Notes: a model not told the origin generated them from the sequence alone. A stretch of 64,000 nt of DNA from Nitrospirota bacterium (GCA_963737155.1 CAVTRN010000002.1:672001-736000); one strand, 5' to 3'; shown: positions 37,082 through 47,360, counted from the stretch's first letter. Made by a program: numbers and translations.

Positions 37082-38635
37082 ATGAAAAGACCCGTGACGC
37101 CCCGGGATTTCGATGCTCAGACCGCGGGGCCCCAGTACCTCGAAGACCTGGCTACCGGATACTGGTTTTCGGAGGCCCTGTTTACCGCCGTTGAAATGGA
37201 TCTCTTTTCTCTCATCGGGGCGGAAGGCGCAACCCTCGACGAGCTTTCCCGGGACGTCGGTGCAATCCCCCATGGCCTCAAACGGTTCCTGCATGCCCTG
37301 GAGAAAATGGGGCTGGTTATAAACGACGGCCCGCGGTATTTTAATACTAAACTTTCAGACAATTATCTGGTATCCGGCAAAGAGCTGTATCAGGGTGATT
37401 CCATCCTCTGGAGGAAATACCTGCATGCCGGATGGCAAGGCATGAGAGACTGTCTCAAGGAGGGCGGACGGGTTGATTATGCCAGCCAGGACAGTTTTTC
37501 GTTAAGGATCGGGCGCATCCAAAAATACATCCGCGCCATGGATGGTATCGCAAAAGTTAAGGCGCGGGAGATCGTCACGTTTTTTGCTGACCGCCCCGTG
37601 ACGGGAGAGATTCTCGATGTCGGCGCCGGCTCGGGCGCCATAGCCGCGGCCTTCCTTGATCGTTTTCCCCTGACGAGTGCGGTATTCATTGATCTTCCCG
37701 ACGTTCTTGGTTGCACCAGGGAATTTGTGGCGCGCCGGGGGCTTGACAAGAGGACGGGATATTGCCCGGCGAACATTCTCGAGCCTTGGCCGGTCAGAAA
37801 ACATGGCTTCGACCTTGTCATCCTTTCCAACATCCTTCACGCTTATTCCGAGCAGGAATTGCCGAATATCCTCCGGTCTGCCGTTGATTGCCTTACTGAA
37901 CGCGGCATCCTTTTGATCCATGATTTCTTTCTGGAGCACTTTCCGGAGAAGGCGGCGCTCAGTGATCTGAATATGTTCATCAATACGCATAACGGCAGGG
38001 TTTTTCCCGGGAAATCAGTCCAGGAACAGCTTCGCCATCTGGGACTTTTTTGTACAGACCTGGTCCCGCTCGGGACCGATACGGCCGTCCTCTTCGGCAC
38101 GCATGAGGAGGCCGGCCTCGGGTCTCTTCGTCTCGATGTGCTAGATCTCCTCATTTCGCGGATTCGTGCCCAAGGGTTCGGAAACGTGTATATGATGAGG
38201 ACGGAGGATATCCATATCCCGGACTGGACGAACATCCGGTGCCGGTTCGGATGCGAACGGTACGGCAATCTTCACTGTCCTCCCAACAGCCTGACTCCCA
38301 GTGAGACCAGGGAAATGGTAAAAGACTACAAGAAGGCACTGCTGCTTGAGGGGGAGCCACCGACGAGGGACTTCCAGGTGCGGGTCCTGCAAGCCGAGCG
38401 AGCGGCATTCAAGGCAGGCTTCCATAAAGCCTTCTCTTTCTGGGCGGGTCCGTGCTCTCTCTGTGAGTCCTGCGCCGAGAATGGATGCTGCACGAATACG
38501 GCGAATTCCAGGCCTTCCATGGAAGGAGCAGGAATTGACGTTTTTGTGACGGCAAGGAACGCGGGAGCGACCCTGAAAACCCTTGAGCAAAAAGACGAGC
38601 TCGTTAAATATTTCGCATTACTTCTTTTGGAGTGA
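37082..38635 (+). CDS. bzaC: BzaC-like methyltransferase with C-terminal DUF2284
   Basis: Dimerisation domain plus ILDVGAGSG O-methyltransferase domain; C-terminal CRFGC..YG..HCPPN...RPSMEGAGIDV; first gene after a B12 riboswitch, followed by two B12 radical SAM genes. Confidence 0.8.
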   Translation: MKRPVTPRDFDAQTAGPQYLEDLATGYWFSEALFTAVEMDLFSLIGAEGATLDELSRDVGAIPHGLKRFLHALEKMGLVINDGPRYFNTKLSDNYLVSGKELYQGDSILWRKYLHAGWQGMRDCLKEGGRVDYASQDSFSLRIGRIQKYIRAMDGIAKVKAREIVTFFADRPVTGEILDVGAGSGAIAAAFLDRFPLTSAVFIDLPDVLGCTREFVARRGLDKRTGYCPANILEPWPVRKHGFDLVILSNILHAYSEQELPNILRSAVDCLTERGILLIHDFFLEHFPEKAALSDLNMFINTHNGRVFPGKSVQEQLRHLGLFCTDLVPLGTDTAVLFGTHEEAGLGSLRLDVLDLLISRIRAQGFGNVYMMRTEDIHIPDWTNIRCRFGCERYGNLHCPPNSLTPSETREMVKDYKKALLLEGEPPTRDFQVRVLQAERAAFKAGFHKAFSFWAGPCSLCESCAENGCCTNTANSRPSMEGAGIDVFVTARNAGATLKTLEQKDELVKYFALLLLE

Positions 38636-39969
38636 ACTGCATGCGGGTTTTATTCATACAGACGCTTTCCGTCGAGGGAATATCGCAAGAGAAGGTTTAC
38701 CCCCTTGGTATTGTAACCTTGGCCGGTTGCCTTCAGGACCGCAGCTACGAGGTCAGCCTTCTCGATATGAACCTCGAGCCGGATCCCTTCGGCGCGGTAA
38801 AGAACAGACTCCTCAGTTTCAATCCCGATGTTGTGGGCCTGTCGCTGCGAAACATCGATCCGCTCGCAAACAAGACAAGTTCGCTTGTCCCGCCGTTCCT
38901 TGTTACGGCGCGGCTTGTCGCCTCCATCGTGCCCCAAGCATGGATTATCGCCGGTGGCGCCGGCTTTTCCCTGTTTCCCTTGCGGCTAATGCGCGAGGCG
39001 CCGGAAATTCATTACGGCGTTGTTGGAGAGGCGGAAACTTCCTTGCCGCTCCTCCTTGCATCTCTCGAAAATCCGCCTGCTATCAAAGGGATCTGCAGGC
39101 GCGAGCAAGGCGGAGTAATGGGCGGCTCTTCCTCGCAATGCCTGGACATGACTCACTATGTGCGGCCGACCAGGAGCCTGTTGGACCCCTCCCTCTATTC
39201 CGGCATAAATTCCTACGTGCCTGCCGTAGGGATCGAAACAAAGCGCGGCTGTCCGTTTCACTGCGCCTACTGCGTATATCCCAATTTGCAGGGGCGCATG
39301 CTTCGGTACCGCCTTCCGCGGGATGTAGTGGATGAAATGGAGTCGCTGAACAAGGAATACGGCATCGAGCGTTTTCATTTTACCGATCCGGTCATAAACT
39401 ATCCCGGTGACCATTTCGGGGACATCTGCCGTGATATTATCAGGAGAAAACTGAAACTTAAATGGGACGGCTTTATGAGAGAAGACTACTTCCACGAGAA
39501 GAATGTGGCCCTTTTCGAGAAAGCAGGTTGCGAGTGTTTCTCTTTTTCTCCGGACGGGCTTTGCCAGGAAGCCCTTGACGTTCTCGACAAAAGACTGAGC
39601 TCTAAGGATATTCTGAGGGCCGCCAAGCTCGCCGCGAGAACAGACGTCGTCAGCGTTTATCATTTCATGGTCAATGTTCCTGGAGAAACGGAAAAAACCT
39701 GCGAAAAAGGACTTCGTTTTCTGGAACGGATCTACGATCAGCACGACAGGAAGAAAAACCTTGGCACAGTCGTGCTCAATAATATTCGCATTCTGCCGGG
39801 AACGCCGATGGAAGAGATGGCCAGGGCCAAAAGCGTCATTCGGCCGGATACGGATCTTCTCTATCCGACCTACTATAACCCGCGGCCGTTCGAGGCGTTC
39901 AGGTATCGGCTGGAAGCTCTGCACCTCGCACGGAATGTGTTCATGTGGCAGGAAGTGAGGCGGCCATGA
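38632..39969 (+). CDS. bzaD: B12-binding radical SAM methylase, BzaD-like
   Basis: VYPLG, SLRNIDPL and RGCPFHCAYC; order bzaC-D-E. Confidence 0.75.
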   Translation: MNCMRVLFIQTLSVEGISQEKVYPLGIVTLAGCLQDRSYEVSLLDMNLEPDPFGAVKNRLLSFNPDVVGLSLRNIDPLANKTSSLVPPFLVTARLVASIVPQAWIIAGGAGFSLFPLRLMREAPEIHYGVVGEAETSLPLLLASLENPPAIKGICRREQGGVMGGSSSQCLDMTHYVRPTRSLLDPSLYSGINSYVPAVGIETKRGCPFHCAYCVYPNLQGRMLRYRLPRDVVDEMESLNKEYGIERFHFTDPVINYPGDHFGDICRDIIRRKLKLKWDGFMREDYFHEKNVALFEKAGCECFSFSPDGLCQEALDVLDKRLSSKDILRAAKLAARTDVVSVYHFMVNVPGETEKTCEKGLRFLERIYDQHDRKKNLGTVVLNNIRILPGTPMEEMARAKSVIRPDTDLLYPTYYNPRPFEAFRYRLEALHLARNVFMWQEVRRP

Positions 39970-41501
39970 AGATCCTTCTCCTGGAGCACCCGCGCAGTGT
40001 GGTTCCTGAGCGGTGCAACGATATTGCGAACACCCCGCTCTCCTCGTGCCTCCTGACCGGCTACGCCGCGGGCATGCTGAAGAGCAAAGGGCATGATGTC
40101 GAAATTGTGGAAGGATATCTCGACGGGCTTGCCTATGAAGAGATTGCCTCCCGGGTTCGCACCATGAAACCCGACATTCTTGGCGTCCACGTTGTCTACC
40201 ACTGGCAGAAGGATCATGCCCTCTTCGATTTCCTCGAAACCATGAAGAGGGAAGGACAGGTTTCTTCGATAACGGCGTATGGTTTTTATGCCACGATTGC
40301 CCATGAGAGCATTCTCAGAAGCTGTCAGGCTGTCGATGCCGTCATCGTCGGGGAACCTGAACGGACTTTTGCCGACTTTGCGGAGTCGGCCTCGCTGAGG
40401 AACTACACACCCTGCATCCCCGGCGTTGCAATCAGAAATGGTTCCGGGGGTATCAGGCTTCAAAAACAGAACGCCGTCACAGACCTCGATGACATTCCTT
40501 TCCCTGTCCGTACCGAGGCGATGTACCGCCTGCCTGAAGTGAACCTGCTGGGCAGCCGCGGGTGCTATGGTAACTGCACGTTCTGTTCAATCAATTCCCT
40601 TTACGGTGCCGCGGGTTCCTGGCGCGGCCGGAGCCCGAAGAACATTGTCCAGGAAATTGACGCGATCATCGCGGACCGGGGGGTGAGGGAATTCTATTTT
40701 ACCGATCCCAACTTCTTCGGTCCCGGACAGATGGGGCAGGAACGCGCACTGCTGCTTGCCTCTCTTCTAAAGCCGAAAAACATCCGCTTCGGTATCGAAG
40801 GAAGGGTCAACGACATTAACGACGAAACCGTCGGCGCACTGGTGGACGCCGGTCTCCGCCACATTCTCATCGGGCTCGAAAGCGGGAAAGATGAGTCTCT
40901 CAGACGAATGAATAAAATGACCACCGTGGCCCAGAACGAGAGGGCACTCCGGATCCTCCGCAGTCACGGCATCGAGCCGAACGTCGGGTTCATCATGTTC
41001 GAACCGGATTCCCTGCTGGAAGACGTTCGCATTAATTTCGATTTTCTGAAGCGGAACGACCTGTTGAAAAATCTGTCAGTTACCGCGAACGTGCTGTACC
41101 ATCATCAAATCGTTCTGGAAGGCACGCGGGCATATCATGATCTCAAAAGAGAAAACCGGCTCGAACTCCAGCGAACTTCCTATGAGGGAATTGCGCATCC
41201 GAAAAATCCGGAGGTCGCCAGTCTTGCCGATATCATGAGGAAAATAACCAACATCCTCTTTGGGCGGATGGACGGGATATGGAGCGGCAAGACGATCGAA
41301 CCGCCCGGCATGCAGAAAAGATACGCGGGGCTAAACCATGTTCTTGTCAATGTATTTGAAGACTGCCTGGAGGCAATGGAGTCAGGTGGGCGGTTGGACA
41401 AGGATCACATAGCGTCCCTGGTCGCGGCGACGGGAAACGTGATAGATGAGATCTTGACCTCGGTGGATCAGCGACCGGATAATCGCAATGAGGGGCCTTA
41501 A
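39966..41501 (+). CDS. bzaE: B12-binding radical SAM, BzaE-like
   Basis: NDIANTPLSSCL, RGCYGNCTFC and FYFTDPNFFG; ATG 39966 overlaps the bzaD stop. Confidence 0.72.
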   Translation: MKILLLEHPRSVVPERCNDIANTPLSSCLLTGYAAGMLKSKGHDVEIVEGYLDGLAYEEIASRVRTMKPDILGVHVVYHWQKDHALFDFLETMKREGQVSSITAYGFYATIAHESILRSCQAVDAVIVGEPERTFADFAESASLRNYTPCIPGVAIRNGSGGIRLQKQNAVTDLDDIPFPVRTEAMYRLPEVNLLGSRGCYGNCTFCSINSLYGAAGSWRGRSPKNIVQEIDAIIADRGVREFYFTDPNFFGPGQMGQERALLLASLLKPKNIRFGIEGRVNDINDETVGALVDAGLRHILIGLESGKDESLRRMNKMTTVAQNERALRILRSHGIEPNVGFIMFEPDSLLEDVRINFDFLKRNDLLKNLSVTANVLYHHQIVLEGTRAYHDLKRENRLELQRTSYEGIAHPKNPEVASLADIMRKITNILFGRMDGIWSGKTIEPPGMQKRYAGLNHVLVNVFEDCLEAMESGGRLDKDHIASLVAATGNVIDEILTSVDQRPDNRNEGP

Positions 41502-41506
41502 AGAAG

Positions 41507-41535
41507 TTGACTTCGCATGAGACGGGTGGTATACA
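41507..41535 (+). promoter_or_regulatory. Sigma70-type promoter of the cob operon
   Basis: TTGACT-17 bp-TATACA with extended -10 TG, just upstream of the riboswitch. Confidence 0.55.
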
Positions 41536-41562
41536 TGAATTACATTTAAAATATAAATAATA

Positions 41563-41718
41563 TTCAAGCTAAGGGAATCCCGTTATAGTCGGGAGCGGAG
41601 CCGCCGCTGTAATCCCAACCCCGTTTGAAAGGGGTATATCCTTTACTAAATGCGCCACTGGCCAATGATTGGGCTGGGAAGGCCGGTAAAGGTGGGAGAG
41701 CCAGAAGACCTGCTTGAA
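41563..41718 (+). promoter_or_regulatory. Cobalamin riboswitch (first of tandem pair)
   Basis: TTCAAGC/GCTTGAA P1; AAGGGAATCCCG, GCCGCCGCTGTA, GCCACTG, GGGAAGGC and GAGCCAGAAGACC. Confidence 0.9.
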
Positions 41719-41772
41719 CACATTCGCACAATCTTCGGAGCTAAGATCATGTGTGGATTATGGCGTTCACCT

Positions 41773-41809
41773 AATCCCCAGTCTTACATCGATGACTGGG
41801 GATTTTTTT
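41773..41809 (+). terminator. Intrinsic terminator (riboswitch expression platform)
   Basis: AATCCCCAGTC...GACTGGGGATT followed by a T run. Confidence 0.85.
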
Positions 41810-41882
41810 GTTCGATTGCACAAATGAATGCGTTGCAAGATGCGACCCGAAGTCAAGATCCAAGACAAAGTTCAAATGCTCC

Positions 41883-42024
41883 AACGGGAATGAGAAAGCG
41901 GAAAGGGGTGCGATTCCCCTGCTGTCGCGCAACTGTAATGGAAACGAAAGCCGACAACGCCACTGCCCTCACCGGGGCGGGAAGGCCGGCGAGTAGGATG
42001 TCCTGAGCCAGGAGACGTCTCGTT
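41883..42024 (+). promoter_or_regulatory. Cobalamin riboswitch (second of tandem pair, variant core)
   Basis: AAAGCGGAAAGGGGTGCGATTCCCC, GCAACTGTAA, GCCACTG, GGGAAGGC and GAGCCAGGAGAC; closing AACGGG/CTCGTT. Confidence 0.85.
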
Positions 42025-42244
42025 CAATACCCCCGCGTGGAAGGAGAAAAACATGGCAGAGAAAATACCGGTGTTGCCGTAGACGGCAAAAGAGTGCTAT
42101 TTGGCAGAGGAGCCGACCGCGATTCTCTCGATGAGGCAAAAAGATCCGCGGTAGGACGAACAAGGGAACAGCATGCCCCGTCATGCGCAGGCCAGATGTT
42201 GATCTCGGAATAGTGAACAGGGCGTCATTCAGGAGATAATTGCA

Positions 42245-43297
42245 TTGGAACATTTACGAAGCAGGATTTCACGGGTAAATAGCGCGCTCTCCGAGGAGGC
42301 GCAGAAAAGGCTTGATAACCTTACGAAGCCGCAGGGGAGTCTCGGCAGGCTCGAAGAGTTTGCCCGAAGGATTGTGGCTATCACCGGTGACAAAATGCCT
42401 GTGCTCGACAAGAAGGTTATCTTCACGTTTGCAGGAGATCACGGCATTGCAGACGAGGGCGTATCCGCATTTCCGAAAGAAGTGACCGTGCAAATGGTGT
42501 TCAATTTTCTGCGCGGCGGTGCGGGCATCAATGTGCTCGCGCGGCATGCGGGCGCGGACGTCGTCGTCATCGACATCGGCGTGGATCATGACTTCGGCGA
42601 GTTACCTGGCCTGGTTTCACGAAAAGTCATGCGCGGGACTGCGAATATGTGCAAAGGGCCGGCCATGTCCAGACAGCAGGCCGAGCAGTGCATCCAGGTG
42701 GGGATCGACCTCGCCCGCCAGTACGCGGAAAAAGGGTATCGCATTTTCGGAACTGGAGACATGGGGATCGGCAACACCACGCCATCCAGCGCGATTGCAT
42801 CAGTGCTCACGGGGACGCCCGTTAGGGATGTGACCGGCAAGGGCACGGGTATTACCGACGAATCGCTCCGGCGCAAGATCACTCTTATCGAGGGCTGCAT
42901 TGTAAAGAACAAGCCCGATCCGAAGGACCCCATCGACGTGCTGGCCAAGGTGGGCGGCGCGGAGATCGGAGGCATTGCCGGGCTCATCCTGGGGGCGGCC
43001 TCCGAGCGCATCCCCGTGGTCGTGGACGGGTTCATATCAACGGCCGGGGCGATGATCGCCTACGTTCTCGAGCCGAAAACTGCGGATTATCTGTTCGCCG
43101 GCCATTCCTCGGTCGAGATCGGCCAGAAGGCGATGCTAGGGAAAATGGGTCTTGTGCCAATCCTCGATTTGAATCTCAGACTTGGGGAAGGCACGGGAGC
43201 CGCGCTCGCGATGATGATTATCGAGGCGGGGACCAGGATCTACCGGGAGATGGCCACCTTCGGTGAAGCAGGCGTTTCGAACGAGATTATCAATTGA
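42245..43297 (+). CDS. cobT: Nicotinate-nucleotide:benzimidazole phosphoribosyltransferase
   Basis: [26 protein letters not shown] and RLGEGTGA. Confidence 0.95.
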   Translation: MEHLRSRISRVNSALSEEAQKRLDNLTKPQGSLGRLEEFARRIVAITGDKMPVLDKKVIFTFAGDHGIADEGVSAFPKEVTVQMVFNFLRGGAGINVLARHAGADVVVIDIGVDHDFGELPGLVSRKVMRGTANMCKGPAMSRQQAEQCIQVGIDLARQYAEKGYRIFGTGDMGIGNTTPSSAIASVLTGTPVRDVTGKGTGITDESLRRKITLIEGCIVKNKPDPKDPIDVLAKVGGAEIGGIAGLILGAASERIPVVVDGFISTAGAMIAYVLEPKTADYLFAGHSSVEIGQKAMLGKMGLVPILDLNLRLGEGTGAALAMMIIEAGTRIYREMATFGEAGVSNEIIN

Positions 43298-43445
43298 CAT
43301 ATTCACAGTTTGAGGAAGTCGATCGGGGCCCGATTTCGATCTGACGCACGAAAATTCTTCTTGGATCTTCGGAGTGAGCTCGGACAAACGCACCGTCGAA
43401 GGGCAGACGCTGGTTGTCCTTCTAACAATCAAAAGGAGACAGTAC

Positions 43446-44756
43446 ATGACTACGCAAATAGAATATGCCCGGAAAGGGATTGTTACCGCCCAGATGGAGG
43501 CAGTCGCAATTCAAGAAAATTTACCACTTGACTACATAAAAACGATGGTAGCACAGGGAAAGATCGTCATTCCCTGGAACAACAAGCGAAAACCGAAAGC
43601 GGTTGGTGTCGGGAAAGGGCTGAGAACAAAAATAAATGCCTCGATCGGGACGTCTTCCGACATCATCGACTATGCAGCCGAGGTCCGCAAGGCGAAAGTC
43701 GCGGTTGCCGCCGGCACGGACACGCTCATGGAACTCTCGGTAGGCGGCGACCTGGACCGGGTGCGGCGCGAGGTGATTGCGGCCGTCGACATCCCGGTTG
43801 GCAATGTGCCCTTGTACCAGGCATTCTGCGAGGCCGGACGAAAGTACGGCAACCCGAACAAGCTAGACGAGGAAATGCTGTTCGATCTGATCGAACAACA
43901 GTGCGCCGACGGCATTGCCTTCATGGCGATCCATTGCGGTATAAATCTTTATACCATCGAGCGCCTGAAAAAACAGGGATATCGGTATGGCGGGCTGGTC
44001 AGCAAGGGCGGGGTCAGCATGGTCGCCTGGATGCTCGCCAACAACCGGGAAAATCCGCTGTATGAGAAATTCGACCGGGTGGTCTCCATCCTGAAAAAAT
44101 ACGATGTAGTCCTCTCGCTCGGGAACGGGCTCAGAGCGGGGGCCATTCACGACTCTTCCGACCGGGCGCAAATACAGGAATTGATCATTAACTGCGAGCT
44201 GTCAGAAATAGGCCGCGACATGGGTTGCCAGATGCTCGTGGAAGGGCCGGGACATGTGCCGCTCGACGAGATCGAAGGCAATATTCAGCTGCAAAAACGC
44301 ATGAGCGGCGGCGCTCCCTACTATATGCTGGGACCCATATCGACCGATGTCGCACCCGGTTTCGACCACATTACCGCAGCCATCGGAGCAGCGCAATCCA
44401 GCCGTTACGGCGCGGACCTGATCTGCTACATTACACCAGCGGAGCATCTCGCGCTGCCGAACGAGGACGATGTGCGTCAAGGGGTGCAGGCGGCAAGGAT
44501 CGCCGCCTATATCGGCGATATGAACAAGTATCCGGATACAGGGAGAACGCTCGATATGGAGATGAGCAAGGCGCGGCGCGACCTCAATTGGGACAAGCAG
44601 TTTAAACTTGCTCTTTATCCGGAGGAGGCAATCGCGATCCGCAAAAGCCGCATGCCTGAGCATGAAGATTCGTGCACAATGTGCGGGAGTTTTTGCGCCG
44701 CGAAAGGCGCTGCTAAACTTTTTTCGCATGACCTGCAGCAAGGCGGAAAATTGTAA
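43446..44756 (+). CDS. bzaF: ThiC-family radical SAM, probably 5-hydroxybenzimidazole synthase
   Basis: ThiC fold (KINASIGTS, EGPGH, EHLALP, CTMCGSFC) with VSKGG in place of ThiC VSRGG; lies between cobT and cbiP under B12 riboswitches. Confidence 0.8.
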   Translation: MTTQIEYARKGIVTAQMEAVAIQENLPLDYIKTMVAQGKIVIPWNNKRKPKAVGVGKGLRTKINASIGTSSDIIDYAAEVRKAKVAVAAGTDTLMELSVGGDLDRVRREVIAAVDIPVGNVPLYQAFCEAGRKYGNPNKLDEEMLFDLIEQQCADGIAFMAIHCGINLYTIERLKKQGYRYGGLVSKGGVSMVAWMLANNRENPLYEKFDRVVSILKKYDVVLSLGNGLRAGAIHDSSDRAQIQELIINCELSEIGRDMGCQMLVEGPGHVPLDEIEGNIQLQKRMSGGAPYYMLGPISTDVAPGFDHITAAIGAAQSSRYGADLICYITPAEHLALPNEDDVRQGVQAARIAAYIGDMNKYPDTGRTLDMEMSKARRDLNWDKQFKLALYPEEAIAIRKSRMPEHEDSCTMCGSFCAAKGAAKLFSHDLQQGGKL

Positions 44757-44826
44757 AGAGAATCACTGGGTTTCCCCGTCGTCTTATGTCGGGGAGGCCC
44801 GGTGAAGACGTTCACAAGGAGCAGCA

Positions 44827-46365
44827 TTGGCCAAGGCATTGATGATACAGGGGACGGGTTCGGGCGCGGGCAAGAGCCTCATCGCAGCTGCGCTGTGCAG
44901 GGTCTTTTCCGACCAGGGGATCAGTGTTGCACCCTTCAAGGCGCAGAACATGGCGCTCAACTCATTCATCACCGCGGAAGGCGGGGAGATCGGACGGGCG
45001 CAGGCGCTTCAGGCGCGCGCCGCACGGGTGGAATGCACTACTGACATGAACCCCATTCTGCTCAAGGTATCGGGAGAGGCGGGTTCACAGGTTATTATCC
45101 ACGGGAGGGCTCACGCAACAATGCAAGCCCGGCAGTATTATTCGTTCCGGGATGAGGCATGGAAGGCGGTAAGGGAGTCCTACAAAAGGCTTTCGAAAAA
45201 ACATGAGTTGATCGTCATCGAGGGCGCGGGAAGTCCCGCAGAGATCAATCTCGCGAAGGTTGACATCGTCAACATGGCCATGGCAAAACATGCGAAGGCG
45301 CCCGTGCTACTTATTGGCGACATCGATAAGGGCGGCGTGTTCGCGTCGCTTTACGGCACGGTCAAGTTGCTCGGCCGGGACAGCAGGTTTATCAAGGGGT
45401 TCGTGATCAACAAGTTCCGGGGAGACCGGGCCATCCTCGATCCGGGTCTCGACATGATCCGTGACCGAACCGGCAAACCGGTGGTCGGCGTCCTTCCCTA
45501 TATCCACGAGATCGGGCTTCCCGAGGAGGATGGCTTGGCGCTTGAGAAACGGATTCAGAAAAGCGGCGGCCCGTCTTCCACGGGACGATTGAAGATCGCC
45601 ATTGTGCGGTTGAAGTATATTTCCAACTTCACCGACTTCGATCCCCTTGAGTTGGAACCCGACGTCGAAGTCGTGTATTCCGAGAATTTCGCCGATATAG
45701 AAAACGCCGATCTCGTCATCATTCCCGGTTCGAAGAACACCGTCGAGGATCTCCTTCTGCTGAAGAAGAAACGGCTCGATGCCAGCATCAAAAGGGCATT
45801 TGAAAAAGGCTCGCAGATCATCGGTATTTGCGGCGGATACCAGATGCTTGGCAGGAAGATTGAAGATCCCCATTGCGCGGAAAGCAGACACCGGAGCATC
45901 GACGGCATGGGCCTATTGAACATCGAGACGATATTCGAGCGGGGGAAAAAGACGTGTCTCATAGAAGCAGAAATGGCATCAAACGCGGAATTCGGACTGC
46001 GGAATGAGGATTTGAACAGAGACATCCTGAAGGGCTATGAAATCCACATGGGGACGAGCAGGGGGGATGTCGGTTTGTTCAAGGTGAGAAGATTGTCCGC
46101 GAAATCCGCAACCCGCAATTCACGGTCCGAAATTCTGGACGGATCGATGAACGGGAATTGCTGGGGGACCTACATTCACGGCATCTTCGATAACGATTCG
46201 TTCAGGCAGCGGATAATCAATCTAGCCCGGTCCCGGAAGGGGCTGCCTCACCGGGAATCCGCCGTGAGTTACGATGAGTCACAGGAATGTGCATTGGACC
46301 GTCTGGCGGTGGTATTCAGGGAAAATGTTGATATGGATTTTATTCGGGGCATTACGGGGCTATGA
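44827..46365 (+). CDS. cbiP: Cobyric acid synthase
   Basis: QGTGSGAGKS, FKAQNMALNS, EGAGSPAEIN, GICGGYQMLG and GYEIH. Confidence 0.95.
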   Translation: MAKALMIQGTGSGAGKSLIAAALCRVFSDQGISVAPFKAQNMALNSFITAEGGEIGRAQALQARAARVECTTDMNPILLKVSGEAGSQVIIHGRAHATMQARQYYSFRDEAWKAVRESYKRLSKKHELIVIEGAGSPAEINLAKVDIVNMAMAKHAKAPVLLIGDIDKGGVFASLYGTVKLLGRDSRFIKGFVINKFRGDRAILDPGLDMIRDRTGKPVVGVLPYIHEIGLPEEDGLALEKRIQKSGGPSSTGRLKIAIVRLKYISNFTDFDPLELEPDVEVVYSENFADIENADLVIIPGSKNTVEDLLLLKKKRLDASIKRAFEKGSQIIGICGGYQMLGRKIEDPHCAESRHRSIDGMGLLNIETIFERGKKTCLIEAEMASNAEFGLRNEDLNRDILKGYEIHMGTSRGDVGLFKVRRLSAKSATRNSRSEILDGSMNGNCWGTYIHGIFDNDSFRQRIINLARSRKGLPHRESAVSYDESQECALDRLAVVFRENVDMDFIRGITGL

Positions 46366-47360
46366 TAGGCGCAATGGACTTGATACTAGCCTTCATCCTG
46401 GACCTCTGCATCGGGGACCCTCGGTGGGCGCCCCATCCGGTTAGGGTGATCGGGGCCGCCGCGAGCAGGGTGGAAGGCTTCTGGAGAAAATTCTGCCACA
46501 CCCCGTTGGGAGAGAGATGGGGAGGGGTGCTGCTCGTCCTGTCCATCGTCCTGCCGGTGTACATCCTCACTGACTTCGTCGTGATAGCGGTCAGCAGGAT
46601 CTCCATGCAACTATCCGCCGTCATCGGGACTGTCGTGCTCGTGTATCTTATCGCTACGACGATTGCTACACGTGATTTGATCCGATCCGCGCGGCTCGTG
46701 ATCGCAGCGATAAGGGATGAGGAGCTTGAAGCAGCTAGACGTCATGTAAGCATGATCGTGGGGCGCGATACCCATGATCTCTCTGAGAAAGCAGTCCTCA
46801 AAGCCACGATCGAAACCCTGGCAGAGAGTCTTTCAGACGGCATTGTAGCGCCGCTCTTTTACCTGGCACTTGGGGGACTTCCCCTGGCCATGGCATATAA
46901 AGCCGTTAACACACTCGATTCTATGGTGGGATATAAGAATGAACGGTACCGGTATTTCGGTTGGGCGGCGGCGAGGCTAGACGATGTCGCGAATTATGCG
47001 CCCGCCCGCATTACTGGACTGCTTATCGTGGTTGCTTCCTTTCTGGTGTCCCTGGTAAAGGATGGGGCGGCCGCAAAGGCAGTGGTCGGCCGGTCGCTTT
47101 CCGTGATGCTCAGGGACGGAAGAAAGCATCCAAGCCCGAATAGCGGGATTCCCGAGGCTGCCATGGCGGGGGCGTTAGGAATCCAGCTCGGAGGACCGTC
47201 CACCTACGGAGGCGTGCTGGTCGAAAAGCCCCGGATCGGGGATGGGAGAACGGATGATTATCTTGCTGTTTCCCTGCGGGCCGTTACTGTAGTCTACGTA
47301 ACGTCGGTCCTGGCCCTGGCTTTGGCTGCCTCGCTCCTTGCTCTGAGGAGAACGTCATGA
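46362..47360 (+). CDS. cbiB: Adenosylcobinamide-phosphate synthase
   Basis: GDP..HPV, IVGRDT, NTLDSMVGY and HPSPNSG. Confidence 0.95.
   Translation: MIGAMDLILAFILDLCIGDPRWAPHPVRVIGAAASRVEGFWRKFCHTPLGERWGGVLLVLSIVLPVYILTDFVVIAVSRISMQLSAVIGTVVLVYLIATTIATRDLIRSARLVIAAIRDEELEAARRHVSMIVGRDTHDLSEKAVLKATIETLAESLSDGIVAPLFYLALGGLPLAMAYKAVNTLDSMVGYKNERYRYFGWAAARLDDVANYAPARITGLLIVVASFLVSLVKDGAAAKAVVGRSLSVMLRDGRKHPSPNSGIPEAAMAGALGIQLGGPSTYGGVLVEKPRIGDGRTDDYLAVSLRAVTVVYVTSVLALALAASLLALRRTS

Noticed and set aside
43446-44756. Annotation as thiamine biosynthesis thiC
   Set aside because: It sits between cobT and cbiP under B12 riboswitches, has no TPP riboswitch or thi genes nearby, and has the VSKGG variant; bzaF fits better.
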